Shown in pieces: positions 9,338-17,450 of a stretch of DNA of 64,000 bases. The position numbers and the translations under genes are program-made. The DNA comes from an uncultured Erythrobacter sp. (GTDB lineage: Bacteria > Pseudomonadota > Alphaproteobacteria > Sphingomonadales > Sphingomonadaceae). Where the stretch lies: assembly GCF_947497915.1 (NCBI RefSeq), contig NZ_CANMIJ010000001.1, positions 925,611-989,610 of the forward strand, in the 5' to 3' direction. Below the pieces are notes generated by a model. That model searched no databases, was not told where the DNA came from, and saw only the letters and a list, made by a program, of their open reading frames with translations. Each line of letters starts with the position of its first letter. Position 1 is the stretch's first letter.

Positions 9338-9829
9338 ATGAACGACCAATCCACAGTTTTGAACCGATTGAAGAGCGACCATGCCCGTCAACGCGACCTG
9401 CTTGACCAGATTGCACAGACGCAAGCCGATACAGACGAGCGCCGCGACCTTTTCACCGAACTGACCAAAGAATTGAAGAGCCACGCGTCGGCAGAAGAGC
9501 AGGCCGTTTATTCCGAAATGCTCGCTGATCCCGAAGTCAGTGATGAAACGCGGCACTCGGTTGCAGAGCATCACGAAATTGACGAGATGCTTAATGATCT
9601 AGCCGCGACAGATATGTCATCCCCGGGTTGGCTGCAAAAGTTTAAGCAGCTCGATGATCGCTACCGGCACCATATCAACGAAGAGGAAGACGATCATTTT
9701 CCCGATTTTGCCGAGCAGATTGACGCGGACATGGATAAGAAGATGACCGACGTCTTTGATGAGCGGAAGCAAGCTGAAAAGGCTGAAGCCGAAGTCACTC
9801 CGGTAAAGGCGGACGACGCCAAGGAATAG
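9338..9829 (+). CDS. Hemerythrin (HHE cation-binding) domain protein
   Basis: LKSDH, ELKSHASAEEQAVY, AEHHEIDEML and RHHINEEEDDHFP motifs; AGGAG RBS before ATG 9338. Confidence 0.88.
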   Translation: MNDQSTVLNRLKSDHARQRDLLDQIAQTQADTDERRDLFTELTKELKSHASAEEQAVYSEMLADPEVSDETRHSVAEHHEIDEMLNDLAATDMSSPGWLQKFKQLDDRYRHHINEEEDDHFPDFAEQIDADMDKKMTDVFDERKQAEKAEAEVTPVKADDAKE

Positions 9830-9860
9830 AGTGATTGACTCTCTCGGACCCTCGTTAACA

Positions 9861-9895
9861 AGGGCGCCTCCCACATAGCATGGGAGGCGCCCTTG
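9861..9895. terminator. Hairpin terminator after the hemerythrin gene
   Basis: AAGGGCGCCTCCCA-CATAGCA-TGGGAGGCGCCCTT perfect 14-bp inverted repeat. Confidence 0.7.
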
Positions 9896-10044
9896 TCGTT
9901 TTATTGCGGCAGTCCGAGCCATTGTCAGATGCAAAAAACGCAGGGAACCCTTTGTAGATGGAAGGATTTTTACCATTGGGATCATGTTGAAGACTGAGAA
10001 GGCCACGCACCGGGCCTGCCTTTTTGCGTAGAAAGACGTTAGCC

Positions 10045-10668
10045 ATGAACTACATGAACGTGCATGATCACGATGAATTTGATCCGGAGAATCCTTTGAG
10101 CAAGCCTGATGTTCCTGAAGACGTACAAGATGCGGTGCGCACCTTAATCAAATGGGCTGGGGACGATCCCACTCGTGAGGGGCTGATCGATACGCCAAAG
10201 CGTGTTGGCCGAGCGTGGCTGGAATATTGCGCCGGTAATCAAGAAGATCCAGCGGTCCACCTGTCGCGCATCTTTGAAGAAGTTGGTGGCTATGACGAAA
10301 TTGTTCTGCTGAAAGATATCCCGTTCCATTCGCATTGCGAGCATCATATGGCGCCAATCAAAGGCAAAGCGCATATCGCGTATCTGCCCGACAAAAAGAT
10401 CACCGGCATTTCTAAACTTGCACGCGTGCTGCACGGCTTTGCGAACCGCCTTCAGGTTCAAGAGCGTCTGACAGCCGAGGTCGCAGAATGCATTTGGAAC
10501 AATCTGGAGCCGCGCGGCGTCGCCGTAGTGATTCAGGCGGAGCACGGCTGTATGACGGGCCGCGGCGTTAAAGTGCATGAGGTGGAAATGCTCACCAGCC
10601 GCATGATGGGTTGTTTCCTAGAAGATCACCGCAGCCGCAAGGAAGTGATGAGCCTGATGGGGTTCTGA
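10045..10668 (+). CDS. folE: GTP cyclohydrolase I
   Basis: REGLIDTPKRV, SHCEHHMAP, GISKLAR, RLQVQERLT and AEHGCM motifs. Start could be 10045 or 10054. Confidence 0.96.
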   Translation: MNYMNVHDHDEFDPENPLSKPDVPEDVQDAVRTLIKWAGDDPTREGLIDTPKRVGRAWLEYCAGNQEDPAVHLSRIFEEVGGYDEIVLLKDIPFHSHCEHHMAPIKGKAHIAYLPDKKITGISKLARVLHGFANRLQVQERLTAEVAECIWNNLEPRGVAVVIQAEHGCMTGRGVKVHEVEMLTSRMMGCFLEDHRSRKEVMSLMGF

Positions 10669-10687
10669 TTCATTTTATCACGGCAAT

Positions 10688-10718
10688 AAAAAGGGCGCCT
10701 CAATCGAGGCGCCCTTTT
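10688..10718. terminator. Bidirectional intrinsic terminator
   Basis: AAAAAGGGCGCCTC-AATC-GAGGCGCCCTTTTT between convergent folE and the peroxiredoxin gene. Confidence 0.85.
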
Positions 10719-10740
10719 TGTATCTGCTGTATGGTGAGCT

Positions 10741-11220
10741 TTAGAGCTGTCCCAGCATGTGCTCCGCGCTGGAGACTTTGAAGTCGCCTGGCTCTTCGAC
10801 GTTCAGTTGTTCGACAACGCCGTCATTGATCACCATTGAGAAACGCTGGCCGCGTTTGCCCATGCCGAAACCGCTGCCGTCCATTGTAAGGCCAACGGCC
10901 TCTGCAAAGTCGGCATTGCCATCGGCCAGCATTGTGATGTCATCACTGCCTGCGGCGTTGTTCCATGCGCCCATAACGAATGCGTCATTGACGGCAGTGC
11001 CGACAATCTCATCAACGCCTTTGGCTTTCAGGTCTTCTGCCTTCTCGACAAATCCGGGAAGGTGTTTTGCCGAGCATGTTGGCGTGAAAGCGCCGGGCAC
11101 AGAAAAGAGCGCCACTTTCTTACCTGCGAAATACTCGCTTGCCTGAACCTGCTGCGGACCTTCGGCTGTGGCTTTCACCAGTGTCGCCTCGGGAAGTTTG
11201 TCGCCTACCGAAATTGTCAT
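10741..11220 (-). CDS. Peroxiredoxin (Prx5 subfamily)
   Basis: VPGAFTPTCSAKHLPGF peroxidatic Cys motif, VNDAFVM, and RFSMVINDGVV. Start ATG 11220. Confidence 0.95.
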   Translation of the reverse strand: MTISVGDKLPEATLVKATAEGPQQVQASEYFAGKKVALFSVPGAFTPTCSAKHLPGFVEKAEDLKAKGVDEIVGTAVNDAFVMGAWNNAAGSDDITMLADGNADFAEAVGLTMDGSGFGMGKRGQRFSMVINDGVVEQLNVEEPGDFKVSSAEHMLGQL

Positions 11221-11296
11221 GTTGGTATTTCCTTTCGTGTGCGGGATGCTGTGCGACACGATATAGGGCATGTCATCCATTCAGCAACAATTACAC

Positions 11297-11316
11297 ATAT
11301 AAAGATAACTTTATAT
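11297..11316. promoter_or_regulatory. 20-bp palindromic operator, SahR-type, upstream of ahcY
   Basis: ATATAAAG-ATAA-CTTTATAT perfect 8-bp inverted repeat in an AT-rich spacer 65 nt before the ahcY ATG. Resembles the palindrome I recall for SahR, the proteobacterial regulator of ahcY/met genes. Confidence 0.7.
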
Positions 11317-11381
11317 TTGATTGTCTGCGGTGCAGTCGCTAGGTGCGCGGTAACGCAAATTACCCCCCTATGGAGACGACA

Positions 11382-12800
11382 ATGGCGACTGCCGCTCACA
11401 CGCACGAATATATCATCAAAGACATCGCTCTCGCACAATTTGGTCGTGACGAGATCCACATTGCCGAGACTGAAATGCCCGGCCTGATGGCTTTGCGCGA
11501 AGAGTATGCAGCATCGCAGCCTCTTAAAGGCGCGCGCATCACTGGCTCGCTGCACATGACAATCCAAACCGCGGTTCTGATCGAGACACTGACCGCTCTC
11601 GGTGCGGAAGTGCGCTGGGCAACCTGCAACATCTTCTCGACACAGGATCACGCCGCTGCCGCGATCGCGGATCAGGGCATCCCCGTATTCGCAATCAAAG
11701 GCGAAACGCTGGCGGATTACTGGAACTATGTCGGACGCATTTTCGACTGGTCGACCGATTCCGATCCTGACCTGACCACCAACATCATCCTAGATGATGG
11801 CGGCGATGCGACGATGTTTGCGCTTTGGGGCGCGCGCATTGAAGCTGGCGAAGAAATGCCTGCTCCGCAGAACGCCGAAGAGATTGAGATGCAAAAAGCT
11901 CTCAAAGCCTATGTCGCTGAAAAGCCGGGCTACCTCACGAAAACCGTGAAGAACATCAAAGGCGTTTCGGAAGAAACCACCACAGGCGTTATGCGCCTTT
12001 ACCAAATCGCCAAGCAGGGCAAGCTGCCTTTCCCGGCGATCAACGTGAACGACAGTGTTACCAAGTCGAAGTTCGACAACCTCTATGGATGTAAAGAATC
12101 GCTGGTCGACGCGATCCGCCGCGCAACCGACGTGATGCTGGCCGGTAAAGTTGCCTGCGTCGCTGGTTACGGTGATGTCGGCAAAGGCTCTGCTGCGTCA
12201 CTTCGCGACGGCGGCGCCCGCGTAATGGTCACCGAAATCGATCCGATCTGCGCATTGCAGGCGGCCATGGACGGCTTTGAAGTCGTATCGATGGACGAAG
12301 CGACCGAGCGCGCTGATATCTTTGTAACCGCGACCGGCAACGAAGACGTCATCACTGGCGAGCACATGAAGAACATGAAAAACATGGCGATCGTGTGCAA
12401 CATTGGTCACTTCGACAGCGAGATCCAGATCTCGGCGCTCGACAATTACGACTGGAAAGAGATCAAAGAAGGCACCGACATGGTCACCTTCCCGGATGGC
12501 AATTCTCTGCTGATCCTTGCCAAAGGCCGCCTCGTGAACCTCGGCTGCGCCACCGGCCACCCGAGCTTTGTGATGTCAGCCAGCTTCACCAACCAGACGC
12601 TGGCTCAGATTGAATTGTTCACCAAGTCAGAAGAATACGGCAACGACGTTTACGTTCTGCCTAAGCATCTCGACGAGAAAGTGGCTGCGCTGCACCTCGA
12701 AAAGCTTGGCGTTCAGCTGACCGAATTGAGCCAGAAACAGGCCGATTACATCGGTGTGCCTGCAGCTGGCCCGTTCAAGCCGGATCACTACCGCTACTAA
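11382..12800 (+). CDS. ahcY: Adenosylhomocysteinase
   Basis: [54 protein letters not shown] and GHPSFVMS motifs; GGAGA RBS. Confidence 0.98.
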   Translation: MATAAHTHEYIIKDIALAQFGRDEIHIAETEMPGLMALREEYAASQPLKGARITGSLHMTIQTAVLIETLTALGAEVRWATCNIFSTQDHAAAAIADQGIPVFAIKGETLADYWNYVGRIFDWSTDSDPDLTTNIILDDGGDATMFALWGARIEAGEEMPAPQNAEEIEMQKALKAYVAEKPGYLTKTVKNIKGVSEETTTGVMRLYQIAKQGKLPFPAINVNDSVTKSKFDNLYGCKESLVDAIRRATDVMLAGKVACVAGYGDVGKGSAASLRDGGARVMVTEIDPICALQAAMDGFEVVSMDEATERADIFVTATGNEDVITGEHMKNMKNMAIVCNIGHFDSEIQISALDNYDWKEIKEGTDMVTFPDGNSLLILAKGRLVNLGCATGHPSFVMSASFTNQTLAQIELFTKSEEYGNDVYVLPKHLDEKVAALHLEKLGVQLTELSQKQADYIGVPAAGPFKPDHYRY

Positions 12801-12842
12801 ACCAGACAAGCCGGGCAAAACTCGGTTTATCGACGATACAGG

Positions 12843-12880
12843 GAAGCCCCGCGCAAATCATCGAATTTGCGGGGGCTTTT
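12843..12880 (+). terminator. Intrinsic terminator after ahcY
   Basis: AAGCCCCGCGCAAAT...ATTTGCGGGGGCTTTT imperfect hairpin plus U tract. Confidence 0.7.
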
Positions 12881-12929
12881 CCGTATACGGGCAGTTGCAT
12901 CCACGCCCGTGGCGGCATAGCTGCATTGT

Positions 12930-15293
12930 ATGGAATTTTCGCCGCTCGCTCTTGCTATCATAGGACTGGTGCTGGCCGCCTGGACGGTGGCTGCGGCAGT
13001 GCTGATGATCCGCGCGAGCGCAAAGACGCGCCGCACCAAGGCTTTGCAAACCTCGCTTAAGCGGATGCAGCGCATGCTTGATCTGGCACCGGCGATCCCG
13101 ATGCTGGTGCGGGTTGATGGCCGGATCGAAGCGCCAGAGCGGCTCGCACGCTGGCTCGGCCTGGATACGATGCCCAATTACCTGAGCGAGCTGGCGGCAG
13201 AAGATGACGCAGCAGGGCAGCAAGGATTGTCTGACGCTCAGGTAAAGACTTTGTCTGAAAACGTGCGCCTGACGCAGAAAAGTGCCGCCCCCTTTCAACT
13301 CGCGATGACGCCTCCGGGCTCTGGGCGCAGCCTCGCGTTGCAAGGGGCGCTTGCCGATCCGCAGGTTTCACCGGGCGGCGCGGCGCTCGTTTGGGTTTTC
13401 GATTTTTCCGAGAGCGAGGACGAGCTGTCGCGGCTGCGCCATGCGGCATCACAGGCAGAGGGTGATTTTGCCGCGCTCGTCGGCTTGATCGAGGCAGCGC
13501 CTGTACCGATGTGGTTCCGCGGACGCGATATGCGCTTGCAACTGGTCAATCAGGCATACGTCGATGCGGTCGATGCACAAGATGCTGCATCTGTCATTGA
13601 GAGCCAGATCGAGCTGCTGGAAGACGAAGACGGTAAAAGCCCGGCTCAGCAAGCGCGCGGCGTGTACGAGGCGCTTGAGGAAAAAGAGCGGATCACTGCG
13701 GCAACGCTGCATGGCGAGCGGCGCACGTTGCGGGTCAGCAATCAGCCGCTCGGAAAAGAGGGTGTCACCGGATACGCCATCGACATCGAAGAGCAACAGC
13801 AGGTCCGCCGAGAGTTTCGTGCATTTCGAGAGGCTCAGCGGCAGCTCCTTGATCAGCTTTCCGTAGGCGTGGCGCAGTTCAGCGATGCCGAAGAGCTGAC
13901 CTTTGCCAACCAGCCATTCCGCCGTCTGTTTGAATTGCCCGATGGCGCGGTGCGGGAAAACACCCCGTTCGAACGTTTCCTTGCCGATGCGCGCGAAAAA
14001 GGGCTGACGCCGGAAGTGCGTGACTTCCCCGAATGGCGGCGCGAACACACGGCATGGTTCGATTCTCCCGACATGCAGGAAGAGGCATGGCCGTTGGCGG
14101 GCGGGGTGCATTTGCGCATCGTCGCGCAGCCAATGCCCGATGGCGGCATCATGCTGATCGCGGAAGACCAGACGGAAAGCCTCGCATTGTCCGCAACCCG
14201 CGATACGCTGCTGAGAACGCGGACGGCCACGCTCGACAGCTTGTTTGAAGCGCTTGCGATCTTTGCTCCTGATGGATCGATGCAGCTTTGGAATCGCAGT
14301 TTTGCCGGAACTTGGGGTCTTTCGAGCGAATTTCTCGACACCCATCCAAGCGCAGATGCGTTGCTGGAGGCGATTGGCAAAAACCTGAGCAGACCCGCGC
14401 AAACCAAGCAAATTGGCGCGGTGGTGCGTGCGGCGACGCTTGATCGCAAAGAGAAAGAGGGGCGGGTGCAGCTCGCCGATGGCCGCAGCTTACGCTTTGC
14501 CGGTGTGCCTCTGCCAGATGGCAACGGCCTACTGACTGTGCTCGACATTACCGATTCTCAAAAGGCCGAGCAGGCGCTGCGCGAACGTGCAGTTGCCTTG
14601 GAAGAGGCGGATGCTGTGAAAGCGCGTTTCCTCGCCAATATGTCTTACGAATTCCGTACGCCGCTCACAACGATTGGTGGCTATGCTGAGTTGCTGAAAA
14701 GCGGTGCGGCGGGCGAGATGGACGAAGGCGCAGGCGAATTTGTCGATTCCATCCTGACCGCCGTCGCGCGTCTGACAGAGCAGGTCGAAAACGTCCTTGA
14801 CCTGTCGCAAAGCGAAGCGGGTCTGTTGCCGATCCACAAAGAAGAAACCGACCTCCTCAAATTCCTCACCACGATGGTGCGGGAACGCGAAACTGCCATT
14901 GTTAAAGCCAAGCTGGGCTTGGATTTAAAAGGCAAACGCGGGCGCATGGTCGATATCGATCCGCGCCAGTTGGGCCGCGCGGTTGGCAATTTGCTCGACA
15001 ATGCGATCAGCGGCACGGATGTCGACGGACACATCCTGATCGAGATTCTCAAGACTGATCCGGAAAGCGAATGGTCCACCAGCTTTGTCATAACCGATAA
15101 CGGAGCGGGCATGAGCGCAGAGGAATTGGAGCTCGCGCTGGATGGCGGACGCTCTGCAGAGGAAGGCGACACCGGAACGCGCACCGGCCTAGGCATTCCG
15201 CTCGCACGGCAATTGATCGCGGCACATGGCGGATTGCTGGAGATATCCAGCGAGCAAGGCGTGGGCACAATAGCGCTGATCCACCTTCCGTGA
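12930..15293 (+). CDS. divL: DivL-type PAS-domain pseudo-histidine kinase
   Basis: N-terminal TM helix, several PAS-like segments, DHp with Tyr replacing the phospho-His (FLANMSYEFRTPL), and a C-terminal HATPase (NLLDNA, DNGAG, GLGIPL). Lies in the ahcY-divL-tsaE context. Confidence 0.85.
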   Translation: MEFSPLALAIIGLVLAAWTVAAAVLMIRASAKTRRTKALQTSLKRMQRMLDLAPAIPMLVRVDGRIEAPERLARWLGLDTMPNYLSELAAEDDAAGQQGLSDAQVKTLSENVRLTQKSAAPFQLAMTPPGSGRSLALQGALADPQVSPGGAALVWVFDFSESEDELSRLRHAASQAEGDFAALVGLIEAAPVPMWFRGRDMRLQLVNQAYVDAVDAQDAASVIESQIELLEDEDGKSPAQQARGVYEALEEKERITAATLHGERRTLRVSNQPLGKEGVTGYAIDIEEQQQVRREFRAFREAQRQLLDQLSVGVAQFSDAEELTFANQPFRRLFELPDGAVRENTPFERFLADAREKGLTPEVRDFPEWRREHTAWFDSPDMQEEAWPLAGGVHLRIVAQPMPDGGIMLIAEDQTESLALSATRDTLLRTRTATLDSLFEALAIFAPDGSMQLWNRSFAGTWGLSSEFLDTHPSADALLEAIGKNLSRPAQTKQIGAVVRAATLDRKEKEGRVQLADGRSLRFAGVPLPDGNGLLTVLDITDSQKAEQALRERAVALEEADAVKARFLANMSYEFRTPLTTIGGYAELLKSGAAGEMDEGAGEFVDSILTAVARLTEQVENVLDLSQSEAGLLPIHKEETDLLKFLTTMVRERETAIVKAKLGLDLKGKRGRMVDIDPRQLGRAVGNLLDNAISGTDVDGHILIEILKTDPESEWSTSFVITDNGAGMSAEELELALDGGRSAEEGDTGTRTGLGIPLARQLIAAHGGLLEISSEQGVGTIALIHLP

Positions 15294-15745
15294 GCGAGGC
15301 GGCGCGACACGAACTGCCAGATTTGGCAGCGATGGCGGCGTTCGGCGCGCGCCTTGCCGAAAGGCTAAAGGTTGGTGATGTGATTGCGCTTGAGGGCGGG
15401 CTTGGAGCGGGCAAAACAACATTGGCGCGCGGCATCATCGCAGCGCTCGGCTATACCAGCGAAGTTCCATCCCCGACATTCACTATCATCGAGACCTATG
15501 ATGCTCCGCCAGTGCGATTGCCCATCGTGCACGCCGATTTTTACCGGCTGAACGATCCGGCGGAGGTCGAGGAGATTGGCCTTGATGATTACCGGGAAGG
15601 CGCCGCGATGATTGCAGAATGGCCCGATCATGCGGGCGGATTTTCGCACGAGGCTGCGTGCCTCTCGATATTGTTGGAAACCGCAAAAACGGGGCGAATT
15701 GCGATTGCCCGTGGCGGCGGTGATTGGCTAGGACGGATGCCATGA
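15290..15745 (+). CDS. tsaE: tRNA threonylcarbamoyladenosine biosynthesis ATPase
   Basis: GGLGAGKTTLARG, VPSPTFTI, HADFYRL and IAEWP motifs. Confidence 0.95.
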   Translation: MSEAARHELPDLAAMAAFGARLAERLKVGDVIALEGGLGAGKTTLARGIIAALGYTSEVPSPTFTIIETYDAPPVRLPIVHADFYRLNDPAEVEEIGLDDYREGAAMIAEWPDHAGGFSHEAACLSILLETAKTGRIAIARGGGDWLGRMP

Positions 15746-16731
15746 GCGAACTTCCCGACGGGCTGCACAATTTCCTTAGAGGCGCTGGCTGGGAAGGGGC
15801 GGAGATTGATCCGATCCCGGGTGATGCCTCGTTCCGCCGCTATTTCCGATTGCGCGGTGCCGATGGGGCCCGGGCGATGTTGATGCATGCTCCGCCGCCG
15901 CATGAAGATCCCGTGCCGTTTCTGAAAGTCGCTGAATGGCTTACAGCGCAGGGCCTGCGCGCGCCTGTGATCCACGCCGCGAATGCGCCTCAGGGATGGG
16001 TCCTGACCGAGGATTTCGGTGATGACCGGATGCGTGACTGGCTTGATGATCACCCCGATCGAGAGACGCCTGCCTATGAAGGCGCGATTGATGCTCTGGT
16101 GGAGCTTCATACGAAGCCTGCCGGGCCGTTTCCCCCCTATGACATGCGAACCTATGCGCGCGAAGCGGCGCTGCTGACTGAATGGTATGCGCCCGCTCAG
16201 AGTCTTGATGTGGACGTTGAGGGATACGCCGCCGCTTGGGATGCTGCGCTGGCCCCGATGATGGCGCGCCAGCAGCCCGGTGTAACGGTTCTGCGTGATT
16301 ACCATGCTGAAAACATAATGCTGTTAGGCGATCCGGCGAAGCGCGCACCGCAAGGATTGATCGACTTTCAGGACGCGCTTGTTGGTCACCCAGCTTATGA
16401 TTTGGTGTCGCTGCTTCAAGATGCGCGGCGCGATGTGTCTGAGGAATTGGAGGCGGCGATGCTGGCCCGCTATGTCGAGCGCGCGAATGCCGATGCGGAT
16501 TTCGCCGCGGATTATGCGCGGTTGGGCGCGCAGCGTAATGCCAAAATCGTGGGCATCTTTACGCGGCTCTACAAGCGCGATGGGAAGCCGCGTTATCTCG
16601 ATATGATCCCGCGGGTTTGGGATGCGATGGAACGCGATCTGGCGCACCCCGCGCTCCAACCGGTCGCGGATTGGTTCTCTGTAAACATCCCGTCGGAGCT
16701 GCGGAAAAACGGCGGAGGAAAGATCACGTGA
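15742..16731 (+). CDS. amgK: Anomeric MurNAc/GlcNAc kinase (aminoglycoside phosphotransferase family)
   Basis: GDASFRRYFR, LTEDFGD, LRDYHAENIM and IDFQDALVGHPAYDLVSLLQD motifs; tsaE-amgK-murU synteny. Confidence 0.85.
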   Translation: MSELPDGLHNFLRGAGWEGAEIDPIPGDASFRRYFRLRGADGARAMLMHAPPPHEDPVPFLKVAEWLTAQGLRAPVIHAANAPQGWVLTEDFGDDRMRDWLDDHPDRETPAYEGAIDALVELHTKPAGPFPPYDMRTYAREAALLTEWYAPAQSLDVDVEGYAAAWDAALAPMMARQQPGVTVLRDYHAENIMLLGDPAKRAPQGLIDFQDALVGHPAYDLVSLLQDARRDVSEELEAAMLARYVERANADADFAADYARLGAQRNAKIVGIFTRLYKRDGKPRYLDMIPRVWDAMERDLAHPALQPVADWFSVNIPSELRKNGGGKIT

Positions 16732-17450
16732 GCAAAGACGGATTGGTCAGTGACACCGCCATGGTGATGGCTGCTGGCATGGGCAAACGGATGCGTCCAC
16801 TGACCGCGAGCCAGCCCAAGCCGATGGTGCGCGTCGCGGGAAAGCCCTTGATCGATCATGCCCTCGATAGGTTGGCGGATAACGGCATCACAAAGGCCGT
16901 CATCAACGTTCATTATATGGCGGATGCGTTGGAAGCGCACGTGCTTGAGCGAAAAAATCCCAAAGTGGTCGTTTCCGATGAGCGCGATGCTTTGCTGGAA
17001 ACGGGCGGCGGTTTGATCCGGGCGCAGAGCCATCTGCCTGATCCGTTTTTCTGCCTCAACGCCGACAATATCTGGCTCGATGGGCCACGTGATGCGTTTC
17101 GCGATTTGTCCGAGCTTTGGAACCCGGACAAAATGGACGCACTGCTGCTGGTCGTGCCCCATACAAGAGCTGCCAATTTTCACGGGCAGGGTGATTTTTA
17201 CATGGACGGCAATGGCAAGCTTTCGCGCCGCCTTTCTGGCCGGATCGCTCCGTTTATCTACACAGGAATCCAGCTTATTTCGCATCGCCTTTTACGCGAT
17301 GCGCCTGAGGGCAAATTTTCGACTAACATCCTGTGGAATCGCGCGATTGAGGAAGGGCGGCTCTATGGCGCAGCCTTCACCGGGCAATGGTTCGAAGTGG
17401 GCACTCCGCAAGCAATCGGCCCGACCGAAAATGCTCTAAAGCGTGGGTGA
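16728..17450 (+). CDS. murU: MurNAc-alpha-1-phosphate uridylyltransferase (nucleotidyltransferase)
   Basis: MVMAAGMGKRMRPLTASQPKPMV, VINVHY and LLETGGG motifs; GTG start overlapping the amgK stop. Confidence 0.85.
   Translation: MSKDGLVSDTAMVMAAGMGKRMRPLTASQPKPMVRVAGKPLIDHALDRLADNGITKAVINVHYMADALEAHVLERKNPKVVVSDERDALLETGGGLIRAQSHLPDPFFCLNADNIWLDGPRDAFRDLSELWNPDKMDALLLVVPHTRAANFHGQGDFYMDGNGKLSRRLSGRIAPFIYTGIQLISHRLLRDAPEGKFSTNILWNRAIEEGRLYGAAFTGQWFEVGTPQAIGPTENALKRG

Noticed and set aside
11221-11381. SAH or SAM riboswitch upstream of ahcY
   Set aside because: The spacer is short and AT-rich with no recognisable aptamer; the DNA palindrome explains regulation better.
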